37,815 nt of DNA, from the NCBI GenBank assembly GCA_041496385.1, contig JBGQEL010000036.1:1-37815 (forward strand), written 5' to 3'. Source of the stretch: Candidatus Methylomirabilia bacterium. GTDB taxonomy: Bacteria > Methylomirabilota > Methylomirabilia > Rokubacteriales > CSP1-6. Position 1 is the first letter of the stretch. Every line of letters begins with the position of its first letter. Below, in pieces: positions 25,618 to 35,695 of the stretch. The notes beneath the pieces are model-generated. The model was not told the origin of the DNA. It worked only from the letters and a program-made list of their open reading frames with translations, and did no database searches. The position numbers were made by a program, and so were the translations under genes.

Positions 25618-27150
25618 TCAGCCGATGCTGCCGACGACCTTGACGCGCGTGCGCAGGGAGTTGCCCGGCAGGTAGGCGAGCGGCAGGTCCTCCACCTCGA
25701 CGACCTGCAGCGTCTCCGGCCGCGCGCCGGCGCGCACGGCCTTCGCCTCCGCCATCCGGCGCGCCTCGCCGATCGCGTCCTCGCGGCTCACGTCGCGGAA
25801 GATCTGGTCCGCCTCGCCGCTGACCTGCGCCATCGCGGCGCCGACCGCGTTGGCCACCGCGCGGTGCGGGACCTGCACGACGCGGGAGATGCCCGGCAGG
25901 CGCGCGGGCACGAGGAACGCGCCGCCGCCGACCGCGACCAGCGGGACGTCGGCCGCGTCGGTCTTCATCCGATCCACGGACTCCTCGATGAGCCGGTGGA
26001 TGTGCGCGCGCGCGTCCTCCAGGAGCCGCGGCGGGAGCCCGCGGACCCGCGCGGGGTCGCCCATCTCGACGAGGCCGAGCGCCACGCCCACGTCGGTGCA
26101 CGTAAGGTCCTCGCCGCCGAAGACGCGGGCGCGCCGCGTGAGCTGGTAGCCGACGCTGCGCGGCCCGACGCGGAGCGGATCGGCCGCGACGAGCGTGCCG
26201 CCGCCGAGCGCGATCGAGAGCACGTCGGGCATGCGGAAGAGCGTCCGCACCCCGCCGACCTCGATCACGTTGTTGGCCTCGCGCGGAAAGCCGTGCCGGA
26301 GCGCGCCGATGTCCGTGGTCGTGCCGCCCACGTCGATGATGATCGCCTCGTCGAGGCCCGAGAGGAACGCGGCGCCGCGCATGCTGTTCGTCGGGCCGGA
26401 CGCGAAGCTGAAGACCGGGAACGCCTCGGCTTGCTCGGCGAGCATCACGGTGCCGTCGTTCTGCGTGAGGAAGAGCGGCGCCGTCACGCCCGCGCCGGCC
26501 AGCGCGCGGGCGAAGGCGCGCACGGTCGTGTGCGCCAGGTCGACGAGGCTCGCGTTGAGCAGCGTCGCGTTCTCGCGCGGCAGGAGCCCGATGCGGCCGA
26601 GGTGATGCGAGAGGGTGATCCTGACGTCGGGGCAGTGGTCGCGCAGGATGGCCGCGGCGGCTTCCTCGCACCCGGGGTTCAGCGGCGAGAAGACCGCCGT
26701 GATTCCGACCGAGCGGACGCCGGAGTCGCGGATCGCGCGCGCCGCGGCCTTCATGCCCTCCACGTCGAACGGCGCCAGCGGCCGCCCGTCGAACTCGTGG
26801 CCGCCCGCGAGCATGAAGTGCTCGGCCCGCACGAGGGCCGCGAGGTCGGGCGGCCAGTCGATGAACGGCTCGAGGAAGGCCGTCGCGGGCAGGCCGATGC
26901 GGACGGCCGCGACCTTCACGAGCCCGCGCCGCTCGACCACGGCGTTGGTGAAGTGCGTGGTGCCCACCATGACCGCGTCGACGGGCGCGTCGCCGGCGGG
27001 GACCTGCGCCATCAGCAGCCGGAGCGCGGTCGTGATGCCGGTCGTCACGTCCGGCGTCGTCGGCGTCTTGGCGAGGTGCGCGACATGCCGGTCGGCGAGG
27101 AGCACGGCGTCGGTGTTCGTGCCGCCGACGTCGATCCCGATGATGCGCAT
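25618..27150 (-). CDS. Hydantoinase/oxoprolinase A-type protein (stand-alone subfamily associated with DUF917)
   Basis: ATG at 27150 overlaps the upstream TGA. Motifs GIDVGGTNTD, GTTHFTNA, RENAT, SGPTNSMRGA, DVGGTTTD, ANAVGAA. Confidence 0.92.
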   Translation of the reverse strand: MRIIGIDVGGTNTDAVLLADRHVAHLAKTPTTPDVTTGITTALRLLMAQVPAGDAPVDAVMVGTTHFTNAVVERRGLVKVAAVRIGLPATAFLEPFIDWPPDLAALVRAEHFMLAGGHEFDGRPLAPFDVEGMKAAARAIRDSGVRSVGITAVFSPLNPGCEEAAAAILRDHCPDVRITLSHHLGRIGLLPRENATLLNASLVDLAHTTVRAFARALAGAGVTAPLFLTQNDGTVMLAEQAEAFPVFSFASGPTNSMRGAAFLSGLDEAIIIDVGGTTTDIGALRHGFPREANNVIEVGGVRTLFRMPDVLSIALGGGTLVAADPLRVGPRSVGYQLTRRARVFGGEDLTCTDVGVALGLVEMGDPARVRGLPPRLLEDARAHIHRLIEESVDRMKTDAADVPLVAVGGGAFLVPARLPGISRVVQVPHRAVANAVGAAMAQVSGEADQIFRDVSREDAIGEARRMAEAKAVRAGARPETLQVVEVEDLPLAYLPGNSLRTRVKVVGSIG

Positions 27151-28241
27151 CAGCGGGCCCCCGCGAAGAGCGACTGGAAGTCGAGGTCGTAGCCGAAGGC
27201 GCGCGGCCCGGTCAGCTCGATCCCGCGCGGCGTCAGCAGGAGCGGCGGCGCCGGCAGCGCGATCACGCTGACGCGCTGGCCGTAGCGGACCGTCTCGGTG
27301 CCCGTCGCGTCGCCCGAGATGCTGTCGAGCACGCAGATGAGCTCCGGCACCGTGACGCGCACCCGGCCGTCGAGGAACCCCACCGAGAACTCGTTCTGGA
27401 AGTCGATCGCGAACTCGTGGTCGCGGTCGCCGTCGAGCCCCGCGATCCGTACCGTGCCGCGCAGGAAGGCTCCCGTCGTCCGGCGGTTGATGTCCACGAC
27501 CTTCCCGCGGAAGAGGAGGCGTCCGCCCTCGCGGCCGAGGAGCGCCTCGATCGGGTCGCGGTGCGCCTGGCGCGCCTGGCGGATGACGCGCCCGATCCGG
27601 AGCGCCTTCGTGACGGTGTTGAGGTGGCTGCCCTCCTTCACCTCCCGGCCGGAGCGCGGCGGGTTGCACGTCGCGGCGATCGCGCCCAGCACAGTGCAGG
27701 TCTGGCGGCGCATGCGCTCGAGCCAGTGCCAGTCGAGCGCGCGCGCGTAGATGATGGCGTTGTCGCGGATGTCGGCCATCGCGAGCGGGTAGGGGGTGAG
27801 GTTCATGACGGCGAAGCTCGTCATGCTGGCCTCCGGGAACGCGCGGCCCATCGCGTCGGCGTCCACGAGGGGCAGGTCGAGGGACGCGGCGACCAGGAGC
27901 GGCTGGAAGCCGTTGCCGCCGCCGATCTCCCACGGCATCACCGCGTCGAACCGCGCGCCGACGTACTCTTCCATGAGGCGGACGGCCTTGCACATGATGC
28001 GGGGGTCCGTCAGGCGCTCCTCGGCGGGCAGCGGCGCGCCCATCTGGTTGACGCACGCGACGCGCGCGTCGTCGGCGAGCGAGGTCGGGTCGATCATGCG
28101 GACGCGCCGGCCCTCGCGATAGAGCTTCTTGATGCAGAGGTAGCCGAAGTAGGGATCGCCGCCGCCTCCGCAGCCGAGGATCCAGGTGCCGGTGGCCAGG
28201 TCGTCGAGATCGGCGTCGGTCAGCTCGAGGGCGTCGGTCAT
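27150..28241 (-). CDS. DUF917 family protein
   Basis: ATG at 28241 (ATGA overlap). Motifs LGCGGGGDPY, MGAP, EIGGGNG, DADAMGRAFPE, GF/AFLRG, FQNE, PELI, GPRAFGY. Confidence 0.9.
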   Translation of the reverse strand: MTDALELTDADLDDLATGTWILGCGGGGDPYFGYLCIKKLYREGRRVRMIDPTSLADDARVACVNQMGAPLPAEERLTDPRIMCKAVRLMEEYVGARFDAVMPWEIGGGNGFQPLLVAASLDLPLVDADAMGRAFPEASMTSFAVMNLTPYPLAMADIRDNAIIYARALDWHWLERMRRQTCTVLGAIAATCNPPRSGREVKEGSHLNTVTKALRIGRVIRQARQAHRDPIEALLGREGGRLLFRGKVVDINRRTTGAFLRGTVRIAGLDGDRDHEFAIDFQNEFSVGFLDGRVRVTVPELICVLDSISGDATGTETVRYGQRVSVIALPAPPLLLTPRGIELTGPRAFGYDLDFQSLFAGAR

Positions 28242-29275
28242 GCGAGAGTCCTCGTCGGGCTCGCGTCGCCCGCCGGATGGTAGCAGCGCAGCCGGTGGCC
28301 CTCGCCCGCGGTCGTCACCTCCGGGCGCGCACGCCGGCAGTCGTCGGCGGCCGACGGGCACCGCGGGTGGAAGCGACAGCCCGGCGGCGGATCGATGAGG
28401 CGCGGGATCTCGCCCGGGATGTCGCGGATCGGCCCGCCGGGGGTCGGCAGGCTCTCGAGGAGCTTGCGCGTGTAGGGATGCCGCGGCGCGCGGAAGAAAC
28501 GGTCCGCCGGCGCTTCTTCCATCTCCTGGCCCGCGTACATGACGACGATCTTGTCGCAGATCTCGTGCGCCGTGCCGAGATCGTGCGTGGTGAAGAGCAC
28601 AGAGACGCCGTGCTCCCGCACGAGCCGGCGCAGCAGCAGCAGGATCTGCGCCTGGATCGTCGCGTCGAGCGCGGTCGTCGGCTCGTCGGCAATGATGAGA
28701 TCGGGCTGCGGCAGGAGCGCCATCGCGATCATGAGCCGCTGGCGCTGCCCGCCGCTGACCTGGTGCGGGTACTTCCTCAAGATTGCCTCCGGGTCCGGGA
28801 TCTGGACGACGCGCAGGAGATCGAGCACGGCCTGGTGATCGGCGCGCCGCCGCGCGCGCGGGTAGGCGCGGAGCAGCGCGAGCGGCCGGGGCCGCGCGGG
28901 GCCGCGCGGTGATTTCCACTTGAGCAATTCGCCGATCTGGGCGCCGATCGCGAAGAGCGGATGCAGCGAGGCGAAAGGGTCCTGGGGCACGAAGGTGATC
29001 CGCCGGCCGCGGATCTCGTCGTTCAGCCGATCGACGCCCACGCCGAGCAGGTCGGTGCCGTCGAAGACGATCTCACCCGCGAGCACGCGCGCCGAGCCCG
29101 GCAGGATGCCGAGGATCGCGCGCGCGAGCGTCGTCTTGCCGCAGCCGCTCTCGCCCACGAGGCCGACCACCTGGCCGCGGCCGATCGAGAGGTTGACGCC
29201 GTCGAGGACCTCGACCGGGCCCTGCTCGGACTCGAAGCGGAGCCGGAGGCCCCGGACCGAGAGCAGGTCGGTCAT
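28238..29275 (-). CDS. Oligopeptide/dipeptide ABC transporter ATP-binding protein (DppD/OppD-like)
   Basis: MTDLLSV start at 29275; GESGCGKTT, VSGGQRQR, ADEPTTALD, HPYT, GCRFHPRCP. Confidence 0.93.
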   Translation of the reverse strand: MTDLLSVRGLRLRFESEQGPVEVLDGVNLSIGRGQVVGLVGESGCGKTTLARAILGILPGSARVLAGEIVFDGTDLLGVGVDRLNDEIRGRRITFVPQDPFASLHPLFAIGAQIGELLKWKSPRGPARPRPLALLRAYPRARRRADHQAVLDLLRVVQIPDPEAILRKYPHQVSGGQRQRLMIAMALLPQPDLIIADEPTTALDATIQAQILLLLRRLVREHGVSVLFTTHDLGTAHEICDKIVVMYAGQEMEEAPADRFFRAPRHPYTRKLLESLPTPGGPIRDIPGEIPRLIDPPPGCRFHPRCPSAADDCRRARPEVTTAGEGHRLRCYHPAGDASPTRTLA

Positions 29276-30132
29276 CGGGACGCGCCCGCGCGGCGCAGGC
29301 GCGGGTCGAGGACGTCGCGCAGGCCGTCGCCGAGCAGGTTGAAGCCCATGACGACCAGGAAGATCGCGAGCCCGGGCGCCATCGCGTACCACCAGGCGTC
29401 GGGCAGGTAGGAGCGCGACTCCGCGATCGTCCGGCCCCACTCCGGGCTGTGCGGCTCGGCGCCGAGGCCCAGGAAGCCGAGCGAGGCGGCGGTGAGAATC
29501 GTGAACCCCATGCCGAGCGACGCGCGGACGATGATCGGCGACGCCACGTTCGGCAGGATATGCAGCAGGACCGTGCGGCGCGGGCTGGCGCCGAGCCCGC
29601 GCGTGGCCTCGATGAACGTCTCGCTCATCGCCGAGCGCGTCTCGGCGTAGACGATGCGCGCGAACCAGGGCCAGTAGGTCACGGAGAGCGCGAGGATGAC
29701 GTTCGGCAGGCTCGGCCCGAGCGTCTGCGCGATCGCGATCGCCAGCACGATCTGCGGCACGGCGAGGAAGACGTCGGCCACGCGCATGACGGCGTCGCCG
29801 AGCCAGCCGCGGAGGTAGCCGGCGACGAGGCCGGCGGGCACCCCGACCACGATCGAGGCGCCAACCGCGATGACGGCGATGACGATGGTGATCCGCGCGC
29901 CAAAAAGGAGCCGGCTCAGGATGTCGCCGCCCATGCGGTCGGTCCCCAGGAGGTGGGCCCGGCTCGGCGCGAGCAGCCGCGCGCCCGGATGCACCTCGCG
30001 GACGTCTTCCGGATAGGGCGCCAGGTACGGCGCGAGGAGGGCGCAGAGGGCGAGCGCCAGGATGATGAGCGCGCCCGTGAGCGCCAGGCGGTCCGCGGCG
30101 ATGCGCCGGAGCGCGTAGGCGAGCTCCGTCAC
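29272..30132 (-). CDS. ABC transporter permease (DppC family)
   Basis: LGTDRMGGDILSR, HILPN, LGFLGLG, GDGLRDVLDPR. Confidence 0.93.
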   Translation of the reverse strand: MTELAYALRRIAADRLALTGALIILALALCALLAPYLAPYPEDVREVHPGARLLAPSRAHLLGTDRMGGDILSRLLFGARITIVIAVIAVGASIVVGVPAGLVAGYLRGWLGDAVMRVADVFLAVPQIVLAIAIAQTLGPSLPNVILALSVTYWPWFARIVYAETRSAMSETFIEATRGLGASPRRTVLLHILPNVASPIIVRASLGMGFTILTAASLGFLGLGAEPHSPEWGRTIAESRSYLPDAWWYAMAPGLAIFLVVMGFNLLGDGLRDVLDPRLRRAGASR

Positions 30133-31136
30133 GTCGCGGACTCGCGCGGATCGACGAGCACCTGCAGCACGTCGACCAGGAAGTTGACGGCGATGTAGAC
30201 CACGGCCGCCCAGAGCGTGAACGCCATGATCGCGTTGTAGTCCGACATGACCATCGAGTTGACGGCCCAGAGCCCGAGCCCGGGCCAGTCGAACACCGTC
30301 TCGACGACGACCGAGCCGGCCAGGAGGACGCCAAAGATGAGGCCGAGCTGCGTGATCGTGGAGGTCGCCGCGCTGCGCAGCACGTACTTCCAGACCACGA
30401 CGGCCGGCGGCAGGCCCATCGCGCGCTGATAGAGCACGTGCGCCGAGCTGACGACGTCGAGCACGCCCGCGCGCGTGAAGCGGACGACCGTCGCCATCGC
30501 GGGGATGCCGAGCGTGAGCGCGGGGAGGACCAGGTGCAGGAGCGCTCGGCGGAGCGCGGGCCAGTCGGCCGTCAGGAGCGCGTCGAGCACGTAGAGCGTG
30601 GTGATGGGCCGCGGGGGCGCGCCCGAGATGCGGCCGCCCAGCGGTGTCCAGCCGAGCTGCATCGAGAAGAGGAGCTGGAGCATGATGCCCATCCAGAACG
30701 CGGCGATCGCGAGGCCGCCGATGGTCGCGCCGCGGACCAGGTGATCGAGCAGCGTGTTGCGCCGGAGCGCCGAGAGGACGCCGATGGGAACGCCGAGCAC
30801 GACGGTGACGGCCATGGCGGCGAGCGTCAGCTCGAGCGTGGCGGGCAGGCGGCGGACGAGGTCGTCGCGGATCTCGCGGCTCGTGTAGAGGCTGCGCCCG
30901 AGGTCCCCGCGCAGCACGCGCCCGAGGTAGCGCACGAACTGCTCGGGCGCCGGCCGGTCGAGGCCGTGCTCGGCGCGCACGCGGGCGATCTGCTCCGGCG
31001 ACGCCGTCTCGCCGGCCAGGAGCGCCGCCGGGTCCGCGGGGATCACGTGCGAGATCGCGAAGGTGAGGACGATCACGCCCAGGACGGTCGGCAGGAACCA
31101 GGCCGCCCGTCGCAGGGCGAAGACGAGCAGTCTCAT
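30129..31136 (-). CDS. ABC transporter permease (DppB family)
   Basis: IPADPA, GDLGRS, PATLEL, ETVFDWPGLG, VDPR. Confidence 0.93.
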   Translation of the reverse strand: MRLLVFALRRAAWFLPTVLGVIVLTFAISHVIPADPAALLAGETASPEQIARVRAEHGLDRPAPEQFVRYLGRVLRGDLGRSLYTSREIRDDLVRRLPATLELTLAAMAVTVVLGVPIGVLSALRRNTLLDHLVRGATIGGLAIAAFWMGIMLQLLFSMQLGWTPLGGRISGAPPRPITTLYVLDALLTADWPALRRALLHLVLPALTLGIPAMATVVRFTRAGVLDVVSSAHVLYQRAMGLPPAVVVWKYVLRSAATSTITQLGLIFGVLLAGSVVVETVFDWPGLGLWAVNSMVMSDYNAIMAFTLWAAVVYIAVNFLVDVLQVLVDPRESAT

Positions 31137-31155
31137 TCGCGCCCGCGACGGCTCC

Positions 31156-32730
31156 TCACTCGAAGCGCATCCAGCGTACCTCCTGGCCGCTGCCCACCGG
31201 GCAGAAGCGGACGCCCTTGACGCGCTTGCTGAACGGTCCGTACTCCTTGGTGTTGTAGATCCAGATCGACGCGGCCTCGTCCACGATGATCGCCGCGGCG
31301 TCCTCGTAGGCCTTCGCGCGCTCGGCCTGGTCGCGGCTCTTCAGCGCCCGCTCGAGCAGATCGTCCACGCGCGGGTTCTTGTACCAGCTCGACGACTTCC
31401 ACGTGCCCCAGTACTTCGAGCTGTAGCCCTCGCCGATCCAGTTGTTGGGGTCGGCGTAGAGCGTGCTGACCCAGAGCGTCCAGATGTCGGGCGTCGTCTC
31501 CGCCTTCTGCGCCCGGCCCGTGAGCGTCGGCCAGGGCTCCGGCACGATCTGCGTCGTGATGCCGAGCTTCTCGAGGCCGGCCTTCAGGAGCGTCGCCGCC
31601 TGCTCGGACTGCGCGTTGCCGGCGACGATGTGGATCTTGAGCGGCCGGTCGACCTTCACCGCGGCCTTGGCCAGCTCGGCCTTCGCCTTGTCGAGATCGT
31701 AGCTGTAGCCCTTCACGCCCTTGGGCACGCCCCACATGTTGTTCGGCAGTGGCGTCGGGTTGCGCGCGACGGTGCCCTGCAGGATCCCGTTGTTGAAGCC
31801 GTCGTAGTCGAACGCGTAGCTGATCGCGCGGCGCACGTGCACGTCGTTGAGCGGCGCGCGCTGGTTGTTGAGCTGGAAGGAGTAGGTGCGCATCGTCTCC
31901 TGCTCGAGCACGGCCACGTTCTCGGAGCGGCGCAGGCGCTCGACCTGGTCGGCGGGCAGGTAGCCGTCCGTCCCGTGGAAGTCGCCGCGGATCAGCCCCA
32001 GCACGACCGAGGTGACCTCGCGGACGGAGCGGAAGTCGATGCGTTCGATGGGGCTCGGGTTCTGGCCCCAGCCGAGGAAGTGTTCCTTGAAGCGGACCGC
32101 GGTGAAGCCGACGGCCGGGTCGAACCGCTCGAGCACGTACGAGCCCGAGCCCGCGTCGTTGCTGCTGAGCCACTTCGCGCCCCAGTCGCCCTTGTCCTCG
32201 TTCTTCTGCAGGAGCTTCTTGTTGACGACGTAGAGCACGGGCACGGCGGCCATGAAGATCGCGGTGGGCTTCGAGAGCGTGAACTCGACCGTGGCGCGAT
32301 CGATGGCCTTGGTGGAGCCCGGCTCGATGAGCGAGCCGAGCAGCGCGGCCGCGCCCTTCTTGATCGCGAGCTGGCGCTCGACGCTGTAGACGACGTCGTC
32401 CGCCGTGATCTCCGAGCCGTCGTGGAACTTCGCACCCCGGCGCAGCTTGAAGCGGTACTTGAGCCCGTCGGGCGAGACCGTGTAGCTCTCCGCGAGCCAG
32501 GGGTTGAGCTTCGGCGGGTTGTCCTCCCATCGGTAGAGGCCGTCGTAGAGGTTCAGGCGCGAGGCGACGCGGCTCTGGTCGAAGATCGCGTGCGGGTCGA
32601 GGTTGTCGTACTCGGTGCCCTGGACGAAGACGAACGTGTCGGGCTTCGGGTCCGCCGCCCTCGCCGGCCCGGCGCCCGGAAGCAGCAGGGCCAGGGCGAT
32701 CAGGGCGGAAATGATCGAGCGTGTGGTCAT
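31156..32730 (-). CDS. ABC transporter substrate-binding protein, family 5
   Basis: ATG at 32730 after GGAGG; signal peptide ending ARA-A; LDPH, AKFHDGS, GSGSY, VRRAISYAFDY. Confidence 0.93.
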   Translation of the reverse strand: MTTRSIISALIALALLLPGAGPARAADPKPDTFVFVQGTEYDNLDPHAIFDQSRVASRLNLYDGLYRWEDNPPKLNPWLAESYTVSPDGLKYRFKLRRGAKFHDGSEITADDVVYSVERQLAIKKGAAALLGSLIEPGSTKAIDRATVEFTLSKPTAIFMAAVPVLYVVNKKLLQKNEDKGDWGAKWLSSNDAGSGSYVLERFDPAVGFTAVRFKEHFLGWGQNPSPIERIDFRSVREVTSVVLGLIRGDFHGTDGYLPADQVERLRRSENVAVLEQETMRTYSFQLNNQRAPLNDVHVRRAISYAFDYDGFNNGILQGTVARNPTPLPNNMWGVPKGVKGYSYDLDKAKAELAKAAVKVDRPLKIHIVAGNAQSEQAATLLKAGLEKLGITTQIVPEPWPTLTGRAQKAETTPDIWTLWVSTLYADPNNWIGEGYSSKYWGTWKSSSWYKNPRVDDLLERALKSRDQAERAKAYEDAAAIIVDEAASIWIYNTKEYGPFSKRVKGVRFCPVGSGQEVRWMRFE

Positions 32731-32788
32731 GGCGGAGCCTCCCTCATGGCGATCCGGCGCGTGACGAGAGCGGAATCGCGAGGGCCCG

Positions 32789-32865
32789 AGTATAGACAAA
32801 GGGTCGGGAGGCGGCAAGGGAGGTGGCGGTCGGAGCTTGCGGAACGGGCCCGTCACCCGCATAGT
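32789..32865. promoter_or_regulatory. Divergent sigma70-type promoters for the dpp-DUF917 operon and the acyl-CoA synthetase
   Basis: Minus strand: TTGCCG (32817-32812), 17 nt, TATACT (32794-32789). Plus strand: TTGCGG (32837-32842), 17 nt, CATAGT (32860-32865). Confidence 0.55.
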
Positions 32866-32883
32866 GCGCGCCGGGGGAAGCCC

Positions 32884-34521
32884 ATGGCCCACAATATGAC
32901 GGATTACGCGGTGACGTGCCGGAGCTTTCGGCTCGCGGTGCCCCCACGCTTCAACTGGGCGTTCGACACGTTCGACCGCTGGGCGCAGGACCCGGCGAAG
33001 CTCGCGCTGCTGTGGGTGTCCGCCGACGGCCAGCCCCGGCGCTTCACGTACGCGGAGCTCGGCGAGCGCTCACGCCGTTTCGCCAACGCCCTCGCCGGGC
33101 TCGGCGTCGCCCCGGGCGAACGCGTCTTCGTCATGCTGCCGCGCGTCTATCAGTGGTGGGAGATCATCCTCGGGTGCATCCGGGCGCGCGTCCTGTCGGT
33201 GCCGGGCACCACGCTGCTCACCGCCAAGGACATCGAGTACCGGCTCAACATCGCGGAGGCGTCGGTCGTCATCACGGACGAGGACAATCAGGACAAGGTC
33301 GAGCGCGTGCTCGCGCAGTGTCCCACCGTGAAGCGCCGCATCGTCGTCGGCCGCGGCGGCGGCTGGCACGAGTACGAGGACCTGCTCGGACGGGCGTCCG
33401 CGTCGCTGGCGCACCCGCAGAACGCCAGCGGCGATCCGATGATGATCTACTTCACGTCCGGCACCACCGGCTACCCGAAGATGGTGCTCCACACACACGC
33501 GTCCTACCCGATCGGCCACGTCATCACCGGGAAGTTCTGGCTCGACAACACGCCGGACGATCTCCACTGGACGATCTCCGACACCGGCTGGGCCCAGGCC
33601 GCGTGGACGTGCTGCTTCGCGCCGTGGAACATGGGCGCCGCGCTCTTCGTCTGGGACGCGCGCGGCAAGAAGTTCGAGCCCCAGGAGACGCTCGCCATGT
33701 TCGAGCGCTTCCCGATCACGACGTTCTTCGCTCCGCCGACGGCGTACCGCATGCTGGTCCAGGAGCCGCTGAAGAAATATTGCTTCCCGACGCTCCGCCA
33801 CTGTCTCGGCGCCGGCGAGGCGGTGAATCCCGAGGTGATCGAGGCGTGGCGGGAGGGCACCGGCCACCATATATATGAAGGCTACGGCCAGACCGAGACC
33901 GTCCTGCTGGCCGCGACGTTCCCCGCGACCCCGTGGAAGCCCGGCTCGATGGGCCCGGCCGCGCCCGGCCACACGCTCGCGATCGTGGACGAGGCGGGGC
34001 GGGAGGTGCCCCGGGGCACGGAGGGCGATCTTGCCGTTCGCGTGGTGCCCGAGCGCCCCGTGGGAATGTTCAAGGAGTACTGGAAGAACCCGGACGCCAC
34101 CGCGAAGTGCCACCGGGGCGACTGGTACGTCACGGGCGATCGCGCCTCGATGGACGAGGACGGCTACCTCTGGTTCGTCGGCCGCGCCGACGACGTCATC
34201 AACAGCGCCTCCTACCGCATCGGCCCGTTCGAGGTGGAGTCGGCGCTGGTCGAGCACCCGGCGGTGCAGGAGGCGGCCGTCATCGGCAAGGCCGATCCGC
34301 TGCGCGGCGAGATCGTGAAGGCGTTCGTCGTCCTGGCGCCGGGGCGCGCGCCGAGCGAGGCCCTCGTGGCCGAGCTGCAGGAGCACGTCAAGACCGTGAC
34401 CGCGCCCTACAAGTACCCGCGCGAGATCGAGTTCGTCAGCGACCTGCCCAAGACCATCTCGGGCAAGATCCGGCGCACGGAGCTCCGTCAGATGGAGCGC
34501 GCGAAGACGAGGCCGAGCTGA
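32884..34521 (+). CDS. Acyl-CoA synthetase (AMP-forming; medium-chain/ACSM-like)
   Basis: FTSGTTGYPK P-loop, GYGQTET, TGD, GRADDV, LPKTISGK. Start at ATG 32884 (alternative 32896). Confidence 0.93.
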   Translation: MAHNMTDYAVTCRSFRLAVPPRFNWAFDTFDRWAQDPAKLALLWVSADGQPRRFTYAELGERSRRFANALAGLGVAPGERVFVMLPRVYQWWEIILGCIRARVLSVPGTTLLTAKDIEYRLNIAEASVVITDEDNQDKVERVLAQCPTVKRRIVVGRGGGWHEYEDLLGRASASLAHPQNASGDPMMIYFTSGTTGYPKMVLHTHASYPIGHVITGKFWLDNTPDDLHWTISDTGWAQAAWTCCFAPWNMGAALFVWDARGKKFEPQETLAMFERFPITTFFAPPTAYRMLVQEPLKKYCFPTLRHCLGAGEAVNPEVIEAWREGTGHHIYEGYGQTETVLLAATFPATPWKPGSMGPAAPGHTLAIVDEAGREVPRGTEGDLAVRVVPERPVGMFKEYWKNPDATAKCHRGDWYVTGDRASMDEDGYLWFVGRADDVINSASYRIGPFEVESALVEHPAVQEAAVIGKADPLRGEIVKAFVVLAPGRAPSEALVAELQEHVKTVTAPYKYPREIEFVSDLPKTISGKIRRTELRQMERAKTRPS

Positions 34522-34526
34522 GGCGC

Positions 34527-35678
34527 ATGGCGACGGGCATCTTCTCGGACGAGCACGCCCTGCTGCGCAAGACCATCCGCGCCTTCGTCGAAAAAGAAGT
34601 CGCGCCCAACGCGAGCGCGTGGGAAGAGGCCGGCCAGATCCCGCGCACGTTCTGGCGGCGCCTGGGCGAGCTCGGCTTCCTCGGCCTCGAGTTCCCCACG
34701 GAGTACGGCGGCGGCGGCGCCGACTTCCTCTCGAGCGTGGTCCTGGGCGAGGAGATGGCCCGCTGCCGCTCGGGCGGCGTGGCCTTCAGCGTGCTCGTCC
34801 ACACCGACATGTCCTCCCCGTGGCTCACCCGCTTCGGGACCGCCGCGCAGAAGGAGAAGTACCTGCCGCGGATCGTCAGCGGCGAGCTGGTCTGCGCGCT
34901 CGCCATCACCGAGCCCGGCACCGGCTCCGACATGGCGGCGCTCACGACGCGCGCCGAGGTGCGCGGCGACCACTACGCGCTGACCGGGAACAAGATGTTC
35001 ATCACCAACGGCGTGTACGGCGACCTCTACTTCGTCGCGGCGCGTACGGGCCCCGGCACGCCGGAACGCCGCCACGACGGGCTCTCGATGTTCCTCGTCG
35101 AGCGCGGGTCGCCGGGCTTCACCGTGAGCCGCAAGCTCGACAAGATGGGCATGCGCGCCTCGGACACGGCCGAGCTCGCCTTCGTGGAGTGCCGCGTCCC
35201 CGTGGAGAACCTCCTCGGGACGGAGGGGCGCGGCTTCCAGCAGCTCGCCATGGGCCTCCAGCGCGAGCGCGTCATGGCGGCCGTGCTGGCGCTGTCCGGC
35301 GCCGCGCAGGCGCTGGACGACACGATCGCCTACCTGCGCGAGCGCACCGCGTTCGGCGAGCCGCTGTCGGAACGCCAGGTGCTGCGCCACCGCGTGGCGG
35401 ACCTGGCGACGGAGCTCGAGGCCGCACGCCAGCTCGTTTATCGCGCGGCGGCTCTCTATGCTGCCGGTAAAGACTGCGTGAGGGAGGTCTCCATGGCCAA
35501 GCTCTTCGCCACGGAGGTCGCGAACCGCGTCGCGTACCAGGCGGTGCAGATGCACGGGGGCTACGGCTACATGCGCGAGTTCCCGGTGGAGGGCTTCTTC
35601 CGTGACGTCCGCCTCTGGACCATCGCCTCGGGGACATCGGAGATGATGCGCGAGATCATCGCCAAGCGCCTGATGTAG
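34527..35678 (+). CDS. Acyl-CoA dehydrogenase (LCAD/isovaleryl-type catalytic Glu)
   Basis: ITEPGTGSD, GNKMFITNG, KMG, QRER, R.AFG, SMAK, QMHGGYGY, GTSE. Confidence 0.94.
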   Translation: MATGIFSDEHALLRKTIRAFVEKEVAPNASAWEEAGQIPRTFWRRLGELGFLGLEFPTEYGGGGADFLSSVVLGEEMARCRSGGVAFSVLVHTDMSSPWLTRFGTAAQKEKYLPRIVSGELVCALAITEPGTGSDMAALTTRAEVRGDHYALTGNKMFITNGVYGDLYFVAARTGPGTPERRHDGLSMFLVERGSPGFTVSRKLDKMGMRASDTAELAFVECRVPVENLLGTEGRGFQQLAMGLQRERVMAAVLALSGAAQALDDTIAYLRERTAFGEPLSERQVLRHRVADLATELEAARQLVYRAAALYAAGKDCVREVSMAKLFATEVANRVAYQAVQMHGGYGYMREFPVEGFFRDVRLWTIASGTSEMMREIIAKRLM

Positions 35679-35695
35679 GCAGCCCTGCGGCCCAG

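Noticed and set aside
105..34386. Many long alternative-frame or antisense ORFs (e.g. 105-1880, 1594-3363, 11880-14768, 20525-24274, 33070-34386)
   Set aside because: They are Arg/Ala/Gly-rich shadow frames of real genes, expected at this GC level because stop codons are rare, and they carry no family motifs.
35420..35490. Short, more AT-rich codon patch near the 3' end of the acyl-CoA dehydrogenase (possible recombination scar)
   Set aside because: The reading frame and motifs are intact, the patch is too short to separate from noise, and no duplicated att-like sequence was seen.
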